Below are positions 21,863-30,473 of a stretch of DNA of 64,000 nucleotides, piece by piece. Position numbers and translations under genes: made by a program. Every line of letters begins with the position of its first letter. Position 1 is the stretch's first letter. The notes beneath the pieces were generated by a model. That model had not been told where the DNA came from and ran no database searches. It saw nothing but the letters and a program-made list of their open reading frames with translations. The DNA is taken from NCBI GenBank assembly GCA_035576365.1, contig DATLWK010000008.1, forward strand, positions 28,605-92,604, in the 5' to 3' direction. Source of the DNA: Sphingomicrobium sp. GTDB lineage: Bacteria; Pseudomonadota; Alphaproteobacteria; Sphingomonadales; Sphingomonadaceae.

Positions 21863-22530
21863 CCCGCCGCGGCAAGCTGCTCCTCGACCAACCGCAGGGC
21901 TTCGGCGGTCGCATCGTCGACGGTGAGATCGCTGGTGTCGAGCAGGATGGCGTCATCCGCCTGGCGGAGCGGCGCCGCGAGGCGGCCGCAATCGCGCTCG
22001 TCGCGGGCCCGAATGTCGATCAAGACATCGTCGTAATGGGCCGGCATGCCGCGCTCGAGCAGCTCACGCACCCGGCGCTGGGCGCGGACTTCGGGCCGGG
22101 CCGTGACGAATAGCTTCACTGTCGCATCGGGAGCGATGACGGTGCCGATGTCGCGACCGTCGAGGACTGCGCCGCCCGGCTGTTCGGCGAACTCGCGCTG
22201 GCGCTCGAGAAGGGCCGCCCGCACCGATGCATAGGCGGAAATCCGCGAAGCGATTTTCGACACAGGCTCGCTTCGAAGCTCTTCGTCGTCCGGGTCGATG
22301 CTGCCGATGTCGCAGGCGCGCAGCGCCTCGAACTCCTCTGACGGATCGCCGCCCCAGCGCCACAGGTTGAGAGCCACCGAGCGGTAAAGCAGCCCGGTGT
22401 CCATGTGCGGCAGGCCGAAGTGGTGGGCGAGCGAGCGGGCGATCGTCCCCTTGCCGCTCGCGGCCGGGCCGTCGACGGCAATCAACAGCCGCTTCCGCGG
22501 ACCGTTCTCGTTGTCGCTGTGCTCGGTCAA
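21859..22530 (-). CDS. cmk: cytidylate kinase
   Basis: IAVDGPAASGKGT, MDTGLLYR, VLDGRDIGTVIAPDA, RDERD; true start may be the TTG at 22485. Confidence 0.95.
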   Translation of the reverse strand: MTEHSDNENGPRKRLLIAVDGPAASGKGTIARSLAHHFGLPHMDTGLLYRSVALNLWRWGGDPSEEFEALRACDIGSIDPDDEELRSEPVSKIASRISAYASVRAALLERQREFAEQPGGAVLDGRDIGTVIAPDATVKLFVTARPEVRAQRRVRELLERGMPAHYDDVLIDIRARDERDCGRLAAPLRQADDAILLDTSDLTVDDATAEALRLVEEQLAAAG

Positions 22531-22631
22531 GCGCCGCGCTTTGACAGGGCGAATTGCCTATGGCAAGGCGCCCGCCGCATCCGCCGCCGCCACGGCGCGG
22601 CAGCCCGCCCGGACTGGAGATACAAACGATC

Positions 22632-22952
22632 ATGGTGAAACCCGAATGGGGCACCAAGCGCACTTGCCCCAAGTGCTCGACCCGATTCTATGACCTCGGC
22701 AAGGACGATCCCGTGCACTGCATCGAGTGCGGCATGGACTGGAATCCCGAGCCGGTTCTGAAGTCGAAGCAGCCGCTGCCCTTCGAGACGCCGCAGCCGG
22801 TCGCCGAGAAGCAGGAGGCCGACTCCGATCTCGGTGCTGAGGACCTCGCGATCGACGAGGACGAGGAGGTCAGCCCGGACGAGGAGGTCGACCTCGCTAC
22901 CGGCGACGAGGATCTCGGAGTCGAGACCGCCAGCGAGGATGACGAGAGCTAG
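22632..22952 (+). CDS. TIGR02300 / FYDLN-acid family protein
   Basis: MVKPEWGTKRTCPKCSTRFYDL..CIEC with acidic tail. Confidence 0.92.
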   Translation: MVKPEWGTKRTCPKCSTRFYDLGKDDPVHCIECGMDWNPEPVLKSKQPLPFETPQPVAEKQEADSDLGAEDLAIDEDEEVSPDEEVDLATGDEDLGVETASEDDES

Positions 22953-23032
22953 CGTTACTGGTAACCGGCGCCGAGCGTTCCTATTTTCCCGTTTCCAGCC
23001 GGGAAAAACTCGCCTAAGGCGCTGACCGGATC

Positions 23033-23108
23033 GGGGCCGTAGCTCAGCTGGGAGAGCGTCGCAATGGCATTGCGAAGGTCAGGGGTTCGATCCCCCTCGG
23101 CTCCACCA
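23033..23108 (+). tRNA. tRNA-Ala(GGC)
   Basis: GGGGCCG acceptor with G3:U70, TCGCA-ATGGCAT-TGCGA anticodon arm, GTTCGAT T-loop, CCA end. Confidence 0.96.
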
Positions 23109-23187
23109 TCCTTTCCTCACGAATAGTCAAACCGCCCGCGAGAGCGGCGTTGTTTCGGCGGCGCGCGCGATAGCAGCGACCGGCGGC

Positions 23188-23213
23188 GGAACACGCCCGG
23201 CCCCCTGCTCATT
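23188..23213 (+). promoter_or_regulatory. putative EcfG/sigmaT (general stress) promoter
   Basis: GGAAC-N17-CATT about 95 nt upstream of the PRC-barrel gene. Confidence 0.5.
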
Positions 23214-23308
23214 GACGATCAGAAGCGGCCGGCATGCGCGGCCCGCGCCCTCGCCTGCGCTCCGCGCCACCGGCTGACGACCCCCGCTGATCAGCAAGGA
23301 GGAAAGAC

Positions 23309-24037
23309 ATGCCCCGTCAAGACTGGTTTGACGACGACACATTGAGCCGCGACCGCCGCGACCAGCGCGGTTATTTTGGCGACTATCGTTCCGGTGATTT
23401 CGGCGGCCGTGAGCGCGGCCGCGGTGGCGGCGCCTTCTTCGAGTCCAGCCGCGATGAACGCGGACCGAACCGCGGCCGTGGCGACTTCGGCGGACGCGAC
23501 CGTCCGATCGGTGGTTGGGGCGGTCTTATGGGCGACGAAAATCGCAGCCGGTCGCGCGGCCGCCTTCGTGATCGCGATTTCGCCGAGCGCTCCCGCAGCG
23601 AACGGGATTATGGATCCGACGACTACAACGACAATGTCATTCCGCTCGACGAAACCGAGCGACTGATTGCCTCAAACAAGGTCGAAGGGACGCCGGTCTA
23701 TGGCCGCAGGCGCGAGAGGCTCGGTTCGATCTACAATTTCATGGTCGACAAATATGACGGCGAAGTCGTCTATGCTGTGCTCCGTCACGGCGGCTTTTTC
23801 GGCCTCGGCGAGCGCTACTATCCGCTCCAGTGGAGCGACCTGACCTACGATACGCGCCTTGGCGGTTATCGCGTCGGTTTCGAGGAAGAGGATCTCGAGC
23901 GCTTCGACAGCTTCGATTCCGAAGGCCGAATGTACAGCCGTCAGCGCGGCGACCGCGAAGGTCATCGCGAATTCCATCGGGAGAGGAGCAGCCGAGGCCG
24001 CGAACGCGAGCGCGGCAACCGCTACTCGCCCTGGTAA
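23309..24037 (+). CDS. PRC-barrel domain protein with R/G/D-rich disordered flanks
   Basis: LIASNKVEGTPVY..LGSIYNFMVDK..YAVL..GGFFGLGERYYPLQW; strong RBS AAGGAGG. Confidence 0.9.
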   Translation: MPRQDWFDDDTLSRDRRDQRGYFGDYRSGDFGGRERGRGGGAFFESSRDERGPNRGRGDFGGRDRPIGGWGGLMGDENRSRSRGRLRDRDFAERSRSERDYGSDDYNDNVIPLDETERLIASNKVEGTPVYGRRRERLGSIYNFMVDKYDGEVVYAVLRHGGFFGLGERYYPLQWSDLTYDTRLGGYRVGFEEEDLERFDSFDSEGRMYSRQRGDREGHREFHRERSSRGRERERGNRYSPW

Positions 24038-24043
24038 TCATAT

Positions 24044-24084
24044 AAAAAAGGGCGGCGGCGCGAGCGCGCCGCCGCCCCCTTTTT
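24044..24084. terminator. bidirectional intrinsic terminator
   Basis: AAAAAA-GGGCGGCGGCGCG-AG-CGCGCCGCCGCCC-CC-TTTTT between converging genes. Confidence 0.85.
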
Positions 24085-24095
24085 CTCGAACGAGA

Positions 24096-24257
24096 TTACT
24101 TCAGCGACGTCGAAACGTTGGTGAAGGTCGTGTTGAGCTGGCTGCCGACGCTCGTCATGGCGCCAATCGCAGCGACTGCGATCAGAGCGGCAATCAGGCC
24201 GTATTCAATGGCGGTCGCGCCCTTCTCGTTGCGAATCAGCTTCAGAAACTTGCTCAT
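24096..24257 (-). CDS. Flp family type IVb pilin (copy 1)
   Basis: MSKFLKLIRNEKG|ATAIEYGLIAALIAVAAIGAMTSVGSQLNTTFTNVSTSLK. Confidence 0.95.
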   Translation of the reverse strand: MSKFLKLIRNEKGATAIEYGLIAALIAVAAIGAMTSVGSQLNTTFTNVSTSLK

Positions 24258-24390
24258 TTCCGGTCTCCCACTGTCCAAATCATTCTCACGCAGCCGGCAC
24301 CGGAGCGACGGCCTGCGTGCAGCATGGTCCGGTTTGGGTTGAAGAAGTCTTAAGCCCCGTGCTTTCGAGGACTTAACCTTACTGCACAAG

Positions 24391-24420
24391 AAAACGGCGG
24401 CGCGTTTCCGCACCGCCGTT
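24391..24420 (-). terminator. intrinsic terminator after pilin copy 2
   Basis: Minus strand AACGGCGG-TGCG-GAAA-CGCG-CCGCCGTT-TT. Confidence 0.7.
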
Positions 24421-24440
24421 CCCTCATTCAAAGGCAATTC

Positions 24441-24602
24441 TTACTTCAGCGACGCCGAAACGTTGTTGAAGGTCGTGCCGAGCTTGCTGCCGATGCCCTG
24501 CATCGCGCCGATCGCCGCAACGGCGATGAGGGCGGCGATCAGGCCGTATTCGATAGCAGTCGCACCCTTTTCGTTGCGAATCAGCTTCAGAAACTTGGAC
24601 AT
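24441..24602 (-). CDS. Flp family type IVb pilin (copy 2)
   Basis: MSKFLKLIRNEKG|ATAIEYGLIAALIAVAAIGAMQGIGSKLGTTFNNVSASLK. Confidence 0.95.
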   Translation of the reverse strand: MSKFLKLIRNEKGATAIEYGLIAALIAVAAIGAMQGIGSKLGTTFNNVSASLK

Positions 24603-24759
24603 GTCTGGTCTCCTTAAGGCTCCACTCAAGAGGAACCATTGTTCCCCCACCTGCGCAGTCCCCGCGTAGGATGCACGAGGATTAGAGCCCAAGGAGTTGA
24701 GAAAGATTTAAATCGGTAGGTTTCCGCGCGTTAATCACGTCGGTGCAATTCCGAGGCGC

Positions 24760-26754
24760 TCAGCGCTGCTCGAACAGCCGCTGGATCTCGCGCAGGGCCT
24801 CCCGGATGTCGCGGCTGTTTTCGCTCCACTCGTCCGGCAGCGGACTCGGCCGCTGCCGCTGCGACTCGGAAGGTCGCGGTTCGGGTAGCCGGAACTCTCG
24901 AGGCAATGGCGGCCCGCGGCGGCCGTCGACACTCAGCGCCGGAGCCATGAAGCTCCGCCAGATCTGCGCCGGCGCGGTACCCCCGCTGATTCGGCCCAGC
25001 GACTTGTTGTCGTCCCGGCCCACCCAGACACCGACGACAAGATCGCCGGCAAAGCCAATGAACACAGCATCGCGATTGTCCTGGCTGGTGCCCGTCTTGC
25101 CGAACGTCGGCACCTGAAGCGCCGCCCGGCGGCCGGTACCGTTGTTCGCCGCTTCGAACAGCAGCTCGAGCATCGGGCCGCGGTCGCGGCGGTCGCTCAT
25201 CCGGCCCGAGCGGCCAAACAGCCCAATCGAGCGCTCTTCCTGCTCGAGGTCGAGACCAATCGGGGCCACGGGATAATTGCCGCCGGCAACGGCCGCATAG
25301 GCCGCGGTGAGCTCGAGCAGGCTGACGCCCGCGGTGCCGAGCGCCATGCTCGGACTGTTGGGCAGGGGACCGGAGATTCCGAGCTCTCGCGCCACGCGCA
25401 TGACGTTGCCGCGGCCGACCCGCTCGGAGAGCCGGACGGTTGCCGCGTTGCTCGATCGCGCGAACGCCTCGCGAAGGGTGATCCGGCCGCGATAGACGCC
25501 GTCGTTGTTGGCCGGGGTCCAGCCGTCGATGGTGATGGGGCGGTCGTCGATGATGCTGTCCGGGGTCCAGCCCGCACGCAAGGCCGCGAGGTAGACGAAC
25601 AGCTTGAATGCCGAACCCGGCTGGCGCCGGGCTTGGGTCGCCCGGTTGAACGGCGACGCCTTGTAGCTGCGGCCGCCGACCATGGCGACGACCCGACCGT
25701 CGGGTCGCATGGCGACGAGGGCCGCCTGGGCATCTCCGATCCCCGCAGTGTTGATCGCCCGCACCGCGAGACGCTGCAGGTCGGCGTCGAGCGTGGTGCG
25801 CACTCGCACCTCGCCGAATTCCGAATCGAACGCTTTCTGTGCAGCCGGAGCCAGCCAGTCGGCGAAATAGGTTCCCGTCGGGATCGCGGACCGCTGCCGG
25901 ACCGGCCTGGCAGGTTTGACGGACTGCGCGCGCTGCGGCGAGATGGCGCCGGTCTCGGCCATCGCCGTGAGAACGAGCTTGCTGCGCTCTTGCGCCGGCT
26001 TGAGGTTGCGCGTCGGAGCCAGGCGCGAGGGCGCCTGCACCATACCGGCCAGCATCGCTGATTGGGCGAGCGACAGGTTTTCGGGATCCTTATCGAAATA
26101 ATGGCGCGCAGCAGCACGAAGCCCGTAGACGCCGTCGCCGAAATAGACGCTCGACAGATAGCGCGACAGAATTTCGTCCTTGGTCAGCCAGCCTTCGAGC
26201 CAGAAGGCGATGATCACTTCCTGGGCCTTGCGGCGGACGCTCCGATCGGACGACAGGAAGCTGGTTTTGGCGAGCTGCTGCGTGATCGTGCTTCCGCCCT
26301 GGCGCACTCCCCCCGCGCGCATGTTCGCCAGCATTGCTCGGCCGATCCCGCGCGGGTCGATGCCCCAATGATTATAGAATCGACGGTCTTCGATCGCGAC
26401 GAACGCGGCGACCGTCAGTGGATCGAGCTTGGCTGAGTCGACCGGCGCTTCCTTGATCGCCCCCCGCCGAGCGATCGGTCGCCCTTCCTGGCTGAGAAAC
26501 AACAGAGCTGGATCGTCGAGCGGCTCGAGCGCCCGCGACAAGGGCGCGGTGACGATCAGCCAGATGAGCAGGACGACGACCAGCGCGGTGACGGAATAAA
26601 GGACGATCCGCCAAGTCTTTCGGCGCGGCTTGGGCGGGAGCTCCGCCGACTCCTCGCCGAACTCGACACCGATGCCCGGTAGCGGGGCGAACGGGTCAGG
26701 AAGCTCCTCGACATTCCTGCCGTCCCGGCTCCAGATCCCGTCCCTGTCTGCCAC
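24760..26754 (-). CDS. class A penicillin-binding protein (PBP1A family)
   Basis: AIEDRRFY, QGGSTITQQLAK, YLSSVYFG, RQPGSAFKLF, SSN, FGKTGT; start uncertain (GTG 26754 chosen). Confidence 0.93.
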   Translation of the reverse strand: MADRDGIWSRDGRNVEELPDPFAPLPGIGVEFGEESAELPPKPRRKTWRIVLYSVTALVVVLLIWLIVTAPLSRALEPLDDPALLFLSQEGRPIARRGAIKEAPVDSAKLDPLTVAAFVAIEDRRFYNHWGIDPRGIGRAMLANMRAGGVRQGGSTITQQLAKTSFLSSDRSVRRKAQEVIIAFWLEGWLTKDEILSRYLSSVYFGDGVYGLRAAARHYFDKDPENLSLAQSAMLAGMVQAPSRLAPTRNLKPAQERSKLVLTAMAETGAISPQRAQSVKPARPVRQRSAIPTGTYFADWLAPAAQKAFDSEFGEVRVRTTLDADLQRLAVRAINTAGIGDAQAALVAMRPDGRVVAMVGGRSYKASPFNRATQARRQPGSAFKLFVYLAALRAGWTPDSIIDDRPITIDGWTPANNDGVYRGRITLREAFARSSNAATVRLSERVGRGNVMRVARELGISGPLPNSPSMALGTAGVSLLELTAAYAAVAGGNYPVAPIGLDLEQEERSIGLFGRSGRMSDRRDRGPMLELLFEAANNGTGRRAALQVPTFGKTGTSQDNRDAVFIGFAGDLVVGVWVGRDDNKSLGRISGGTAPAQIWRSFMAPALSVDGRRGPPLPREFRLPEPRPSESQRQRPSPLPDEWSENSRDIREALREIQRLFEQR

Positions 26755-26896
26755 CCACTGTCCTTCCGCGAAGCGGAGCTGCCTTACATCAGTAAGACAG
26801 CTGTGGCCATATATCCAGAACCATGCTGAACGCTGCCTTTCGACGCGACGAATCACCGGACACGAGGGGCTTGGGGGACGCCCGCCCCACGGCTAC

Positions 26897-28378
26897 ATGC
26901 TTGCCATGGCCCGACTGATCGTCCTGGCGCTGGCCGCCGCGCTGATCGCCGCCCCGACCGCTTGCCGGAAGCCGCCCGAAGGGGCCGCACGGGTTGTCGT
27001 CATCGGTGGCGATGCGGGACTGGTCGACCCCGCGACGGGGGCGATTTCGGGGCTGTCGGCGGTTCTCCTCACCAACGTCGCGCAAGGCCTGGTCCGGTTC
27101 GACGCCCGCGGCCAGATCGAACCCGGCCTCGCCGAACGGTGGAACGTCAGCGACGACGGGCTCAGCTACATCTTCCGGCTTGCGGCAGATGAGTGGCATA
27201 ACGGCCGCAGGATCACTGCCCATCAGGTTGCTCGGATCTTGCGCCGCCAGCTGGCTGCGGCCAGCGCCAATCCGCTCCGGGACACGCTCGGTGCGGTCGA
27301 CGAGATTGTCGCCATGACCGACCGCGTTCTGGAAATCCGGCTCAAAGCGCCGCGCCCCAACCTCCTCCAGCTACTTGCTCAGCCCGAACTGGGATTGGTT
27401 TACGAGGGAGCTGGAAGCGGTCCGTTCCGCATTAGCGAACGTCCGGGTGCCAGCGGCGAAATTCGTCTTGAACGAACGATCCCCCTTCCGGACCAGGACG
27501 ACGAGCAACGCGAGGAGGTCCTGCTGTCGGCGGCGAATGCCGCCGAAGCGGTTCGCGCTTTCGCGGAAAGGCGCTCGGATCTCGTCATTGGCGGCACCGT
27601 CGCCGATCTGATGGAAGCTCGGCAGGCGCGTCTCCCGCGCAATTCGCTTCGCTTCGATCCCGTCTCGGGGCTTTTCGGCCTCGTCCCAGCCCGGCGAAAC
27701 GGCCCGCTCGCCGATCCCGAGCTTCGGCGGCTCCTCTCTCAGGCAATTGACCGCGACGCACTGATTGCCTCTCTCGCAGTTCCCGGGCTGATGCCGCGAG
27801 CGACGCTGCTGGAGACCGGCCTTCATGGCATCCCCGATCCGGCAGCGCCCGAATGGATGGCGACTCCGCTCGCTGAACGGCGCGAGGCGCTTGCCGCGGC
27901 CGCGGACAGGCTGTTCGGCAATGTCGAGCGGCCGGTGCTTCGGATCGCCCTTCCCGACGGCGCCGGCGGTCAGATCCTGCTCGACCGGCTCGCCGAGGAC
28001 TGGGGGGCGCTCGGCATCCGCGTCGAGCGGTCCGAGCGCGGCGTTCCGACCGACCTCACGTTGGTAGACCGGGTTGCGCCATCCACCTCGCCGGCATGGT
28101 TCCTGCGGCAGTTCCGCTGCGACGTCGTGCCGATCTGCGATCCGGAGATCGACGACTTGCTGGCGGCGGCTCGAGCTGCGCCTGTGACGGCCCAGCGCGC
28201 CGCCCTGCTGCTTGATGCCTCCCGCCGCATGGACGAGCTCCAGCTGTTCCTGCCCATCACCGCGCCGATCCGCTGGTCGCTGGTGTCCGACCGAATCCAC
28301 GGCTTTGCCGCCAATCGTTTCGCCGTCCATCCGCTGACCGGCCTCGGCCAGCGTTTGATGCGAGAGAGAGCCGAATGA
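26897..28378 (+). CDS. family 5 ABC substrate-binding lipoprotein (orphan)
   Basis: Lipobox-like PTAC, QGLVRFDARGQIEPGLAERWNVSDDGLSYIFRL, GSGPFRI. Confidence 0.88.
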   Translation: MLAMARLIVLALAAALIAAPTACRKPPEGAARVVVIGGDAGLVDPATGAISGLSAVLLTNVAQGLVRFDARGQIEPGLAERWNVSDDGLSYIFRLAADEWHNGRRITAHQVARILRRQLAAASANPLRDTLGAVDEIVAMTDRVLEIRLKAPRPNLLQLLAQPELGLVYEGAGSGPFRISERPGASGEIRLERTIPLPDQDDEQREEVLLSAANAAEAVRAFAERRSDLVIGGTVADLMEARQARLPRNSLRFDPVSGLFGLVPARRNGPLADPELRRLLSQAIDRDALIASLAVPGLMPRATLLETGLHGIPDPAAPEWMATPLAERREALAAAADRLFGNVERPVLRIALPDGAGGQILLDRLAEDWGALGIRVERSERGVPTDLTLVDRVAPSTSPAWFLRQFRCDVVPICDPEIDDLLAAARAAPVTAQRAALLLDASRRMDELQLFLPITAPIRWSLVSDRIHGFAANRFAVHPLTGLGQRLMRERAE

Positions 28379-28833
28379 TTTCGCGCGAATCCACCGGACG
28401 TCGCCGGAACATGGCCTTCGGCCGCGATCCGGAATCGGTGCGAATGCGGGTCGAAACCCTGGAGCGGGTGATGGAGCGGATGTTCACAATCCCCGGTCTC
28501 AATCGGCCGATCGGACTGGACGCCATGCTCAGCCTCGTGCCTGTCGCAGGCACGACGGCAGGCGCAGTTCTCGGCGCCTATATGATGTGGGAGGCACGCA
28601 ATCTCGGCATGTCGCGCTGGCATATGGCGCGGATGAGCGCCAATACCGGCTTCGACTGGCTGGTCGGGCTGATCCCGGTGGTCGGCATCGTCCCCGATTT
28701 CTTCTTCCGCTCGAACAGCCGCAACCTCAGGATCATCCGGAAGCACCTCGACAAGCATTACGCCGCAGGCGCGACGGTGACCGTCGAGCCGGTGAGCGTA
28801 GCGGCCGAACCTAGTAAACCGGGCGACCCTTGA
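28375..28833 (+). CDS. DUF4112-like protein
   Basis: MERMFTIPG..IGLDAMLSLVPVAG..DWLVGLIPVVG..D.FFRSNSRN. Confidence 0.8.
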   Translation: MISRESTGRRRNMAFGRDPESVRMRVETLERVMERMFTIPGLNRPIGLDAMLSLVPVAGTTAGAVLGAYMMWEARNLGMSRWHMARMSANTGFDWLVGLIPVVGIVPDFFFRSNSRNLRIIRKHLDKHYAAGATVTVEPVSVAAEPSKPGDP

Positions 28834-29356
28834 CGTTCCCCGGCGGCGAGTAGCGGCAAACCAGGAAGTCGCGCGACGAGGAGGAGACGATCGCGCAGCC
28901 GACGTGGGTCGTGCCCCGCCAGATCATCTGCGTGTAGTGACCGACATCCGCCCAATTGCCGGTCCGGCTGACATTGGGGAAGGTCTGGGACATGAACATC
29001 CTTTTCTCGGATGCCCAGTTCCCAACCATCTGCTCGGGAGTGAACGCCCCCCGGGTCCCCATCCACAGATTTTCGCCGTGCGCGGACTGGCTCGAATGGC
29101 GCATGGTCCCAGAAGCGGCCAGCACCCTGCCCCATTCCGAAGCGGAGGCGGCAAGCCCGGCATCCCACGTCAGCGGCGGCAGGCGCAGTGCGGCCCGCTC
29201 GGCATTGTGCGCGCGCAGAAGACGCTCGGCGAGCGCGCCTTGGGCTGCACCGATCTGCGGCGTCAGGATCAGCGTCCCGCGCTGGCTGGCAGCCGACGCG
29301 GCGCTCGCGCTGGACAGAATTGCGGCCGCAGCCGCGATTACGGACAAAACGCGCAT
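28811..29356 (-). CDS. CAP/SCP domain secreted protein (second paralog)
   Basis: LRAHNAER, GENLW, GHYTQMIWRGTTHVGCA, VCRYSPPGN. Confidence 0.92.
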   Translation of the reverse strand: MRVLSVIAAAAAILSSASAASAASQRGTLILTPQIGAAQGALAERLLRAHNAERAALRLPPLTWDAGLAASASEWGRVLAASGTMRHSSQSAHGENLWMGTRGAFTPEQMVGNWASEKRMFMSQTFPNVSRTGNWADVGHYTQMIWRGTTHVGCAIVSSSSRDFLVCRYSPPGNVKGRPVY

Positions 29357-29471
29357 TGTGATAAACCCCACCCCTGCCACGCTTCAGCTGTGGCGACGAA
29401 TATTGCGCATAATATCAATGAGAAGGTGAACCTTTGGTTGATGGCGGTGGGGGGTCGCCTTCCGTGGCGCT

Positions 29472-30473
29472 TCAGTCGCCGCTGACCTGCGGCCGTCCGA
29501 CGTCGCCCTGGCCGACGGTTCGGCCGGCCATTTCCAGCATTCGCTCGAGCGGCACGCGCGCCTTGGCCATGACCTCGGGCGACAGCTCGATACGCGGCTG
29601 CAGATCGCGCAGCGCGACATACAGCTTCTCGAGCGTATTCAGCGCCATGTAGGGGCACATGTTGCAATTGCAGTTGCCGTCGCCGCCGGGGACTCCGATG
29701 AACGTCTTGCCGGGCGCCGCTTTTTCCATCTGGTGGATGATGTGCGGCTCGGTCGCCACCAGGATCGTGTCCGCCGGGCTGGTCAGCGCAAAATCGAGGA
29801 TCGACTTGGTCGAGCCGACATGGTCGGCATGGTCGATGATGTGCGGCGGGCATTCGGGATGGGCGGCGACCGGCGCGCCCGGATGCTCGCCCTTGAGCTT
29901 CAAAAGCTCTGTCTCGGAAAACGCCTGGTGGACGATGCACACGCCCGGCCACAGCAGCATGTCGCGGCCGGTCTTTCGCGCGAGATAGCCGCCGAGGTGC
30001 CGGTCAGGGCCGAAGATGATCTTCTGGTCCTTCGGGATCTGCTTGAGGATGACGTCCGCGCTGCTGGACGTGACGATGATGTCGGACAGCGCTTTCACCG
30101 CCGCCGAGCAGTTGATGTAGGTCAGCGCGATATGGTCGGGGTGCGCCTCGCGGAACGCCTTGAACTGGTCGGGCGGGCACGAATCCTCGAGCGAGCAGCC
30201 GGCATCCATGTCGGGCAGGATGACGGTCTTTTCCGGCGACAGGATCTTTGCCGTCTCGGCCATGAATCGGACTCCGCAAAAGGCGATGACGTCCGCATCG
30301 GTGGCGGCGGCCTTGCGCGACAGGTCGAGGCTGTCGCCGACGAAGTCGGCCAGGTCCTGGATCTCCGGCTTCTGGTAATAATGCGCGAGGATGACGGCGT
30401 TGCGCTCGCGCTTCAGCCGCTCGATCTCGGCGAGCAGATCAAGGCCTCGCAAACTCTGGGTTTGAACAGTCAT
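29472..30473 (-). CDS. nadA: quinolinate synthase
   Basis: ILAHYYQ, FCGVRFMAETAKIL, GCSL, TYINCSA, AHPEC, CNMCPYM. Confidence 0.97.
   Translation of the reverse strand: MTVQTQSLRGLDLLAEIERLKRERNAVILAHYYQKPEIQDLADFVGDSLDLSRKAAATDADVIAFCGVRFMAETAKILSPEKTVILPDMDAGCSLEDSCPPDQFKAFREAHPDHIALTYINCSAAVKALSDIIVTSSSADVILKQIPKDQKIIFGPDRHLGGYLARKTGRDMLLWPGVCIVHQAFSETELLKLKGEHPGAPVAAHPECPPHIIDHADHVGSTKSILDFALTSPADTILVATEPHIIHQMEKAAPGKTFIGVPGGDGNCNCNMCPYMALNTLEKLYVALRDLQPRIELSPEVMAKARVPLERMLEMAGRTVGQGDVGRPQVSGD

Noticed and set aside
23033-23310. tRNA-Ala as an island integration site
   Set aside because: No att-like repeat or mobility gene seen
24267-24276. GGACAGTGGG shared just upstream of pilin 1 and the PBP start (26754-26763)
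   Set aside because: A 10-mer purine-rich RBS-like match is plausible by chance in 64 kb
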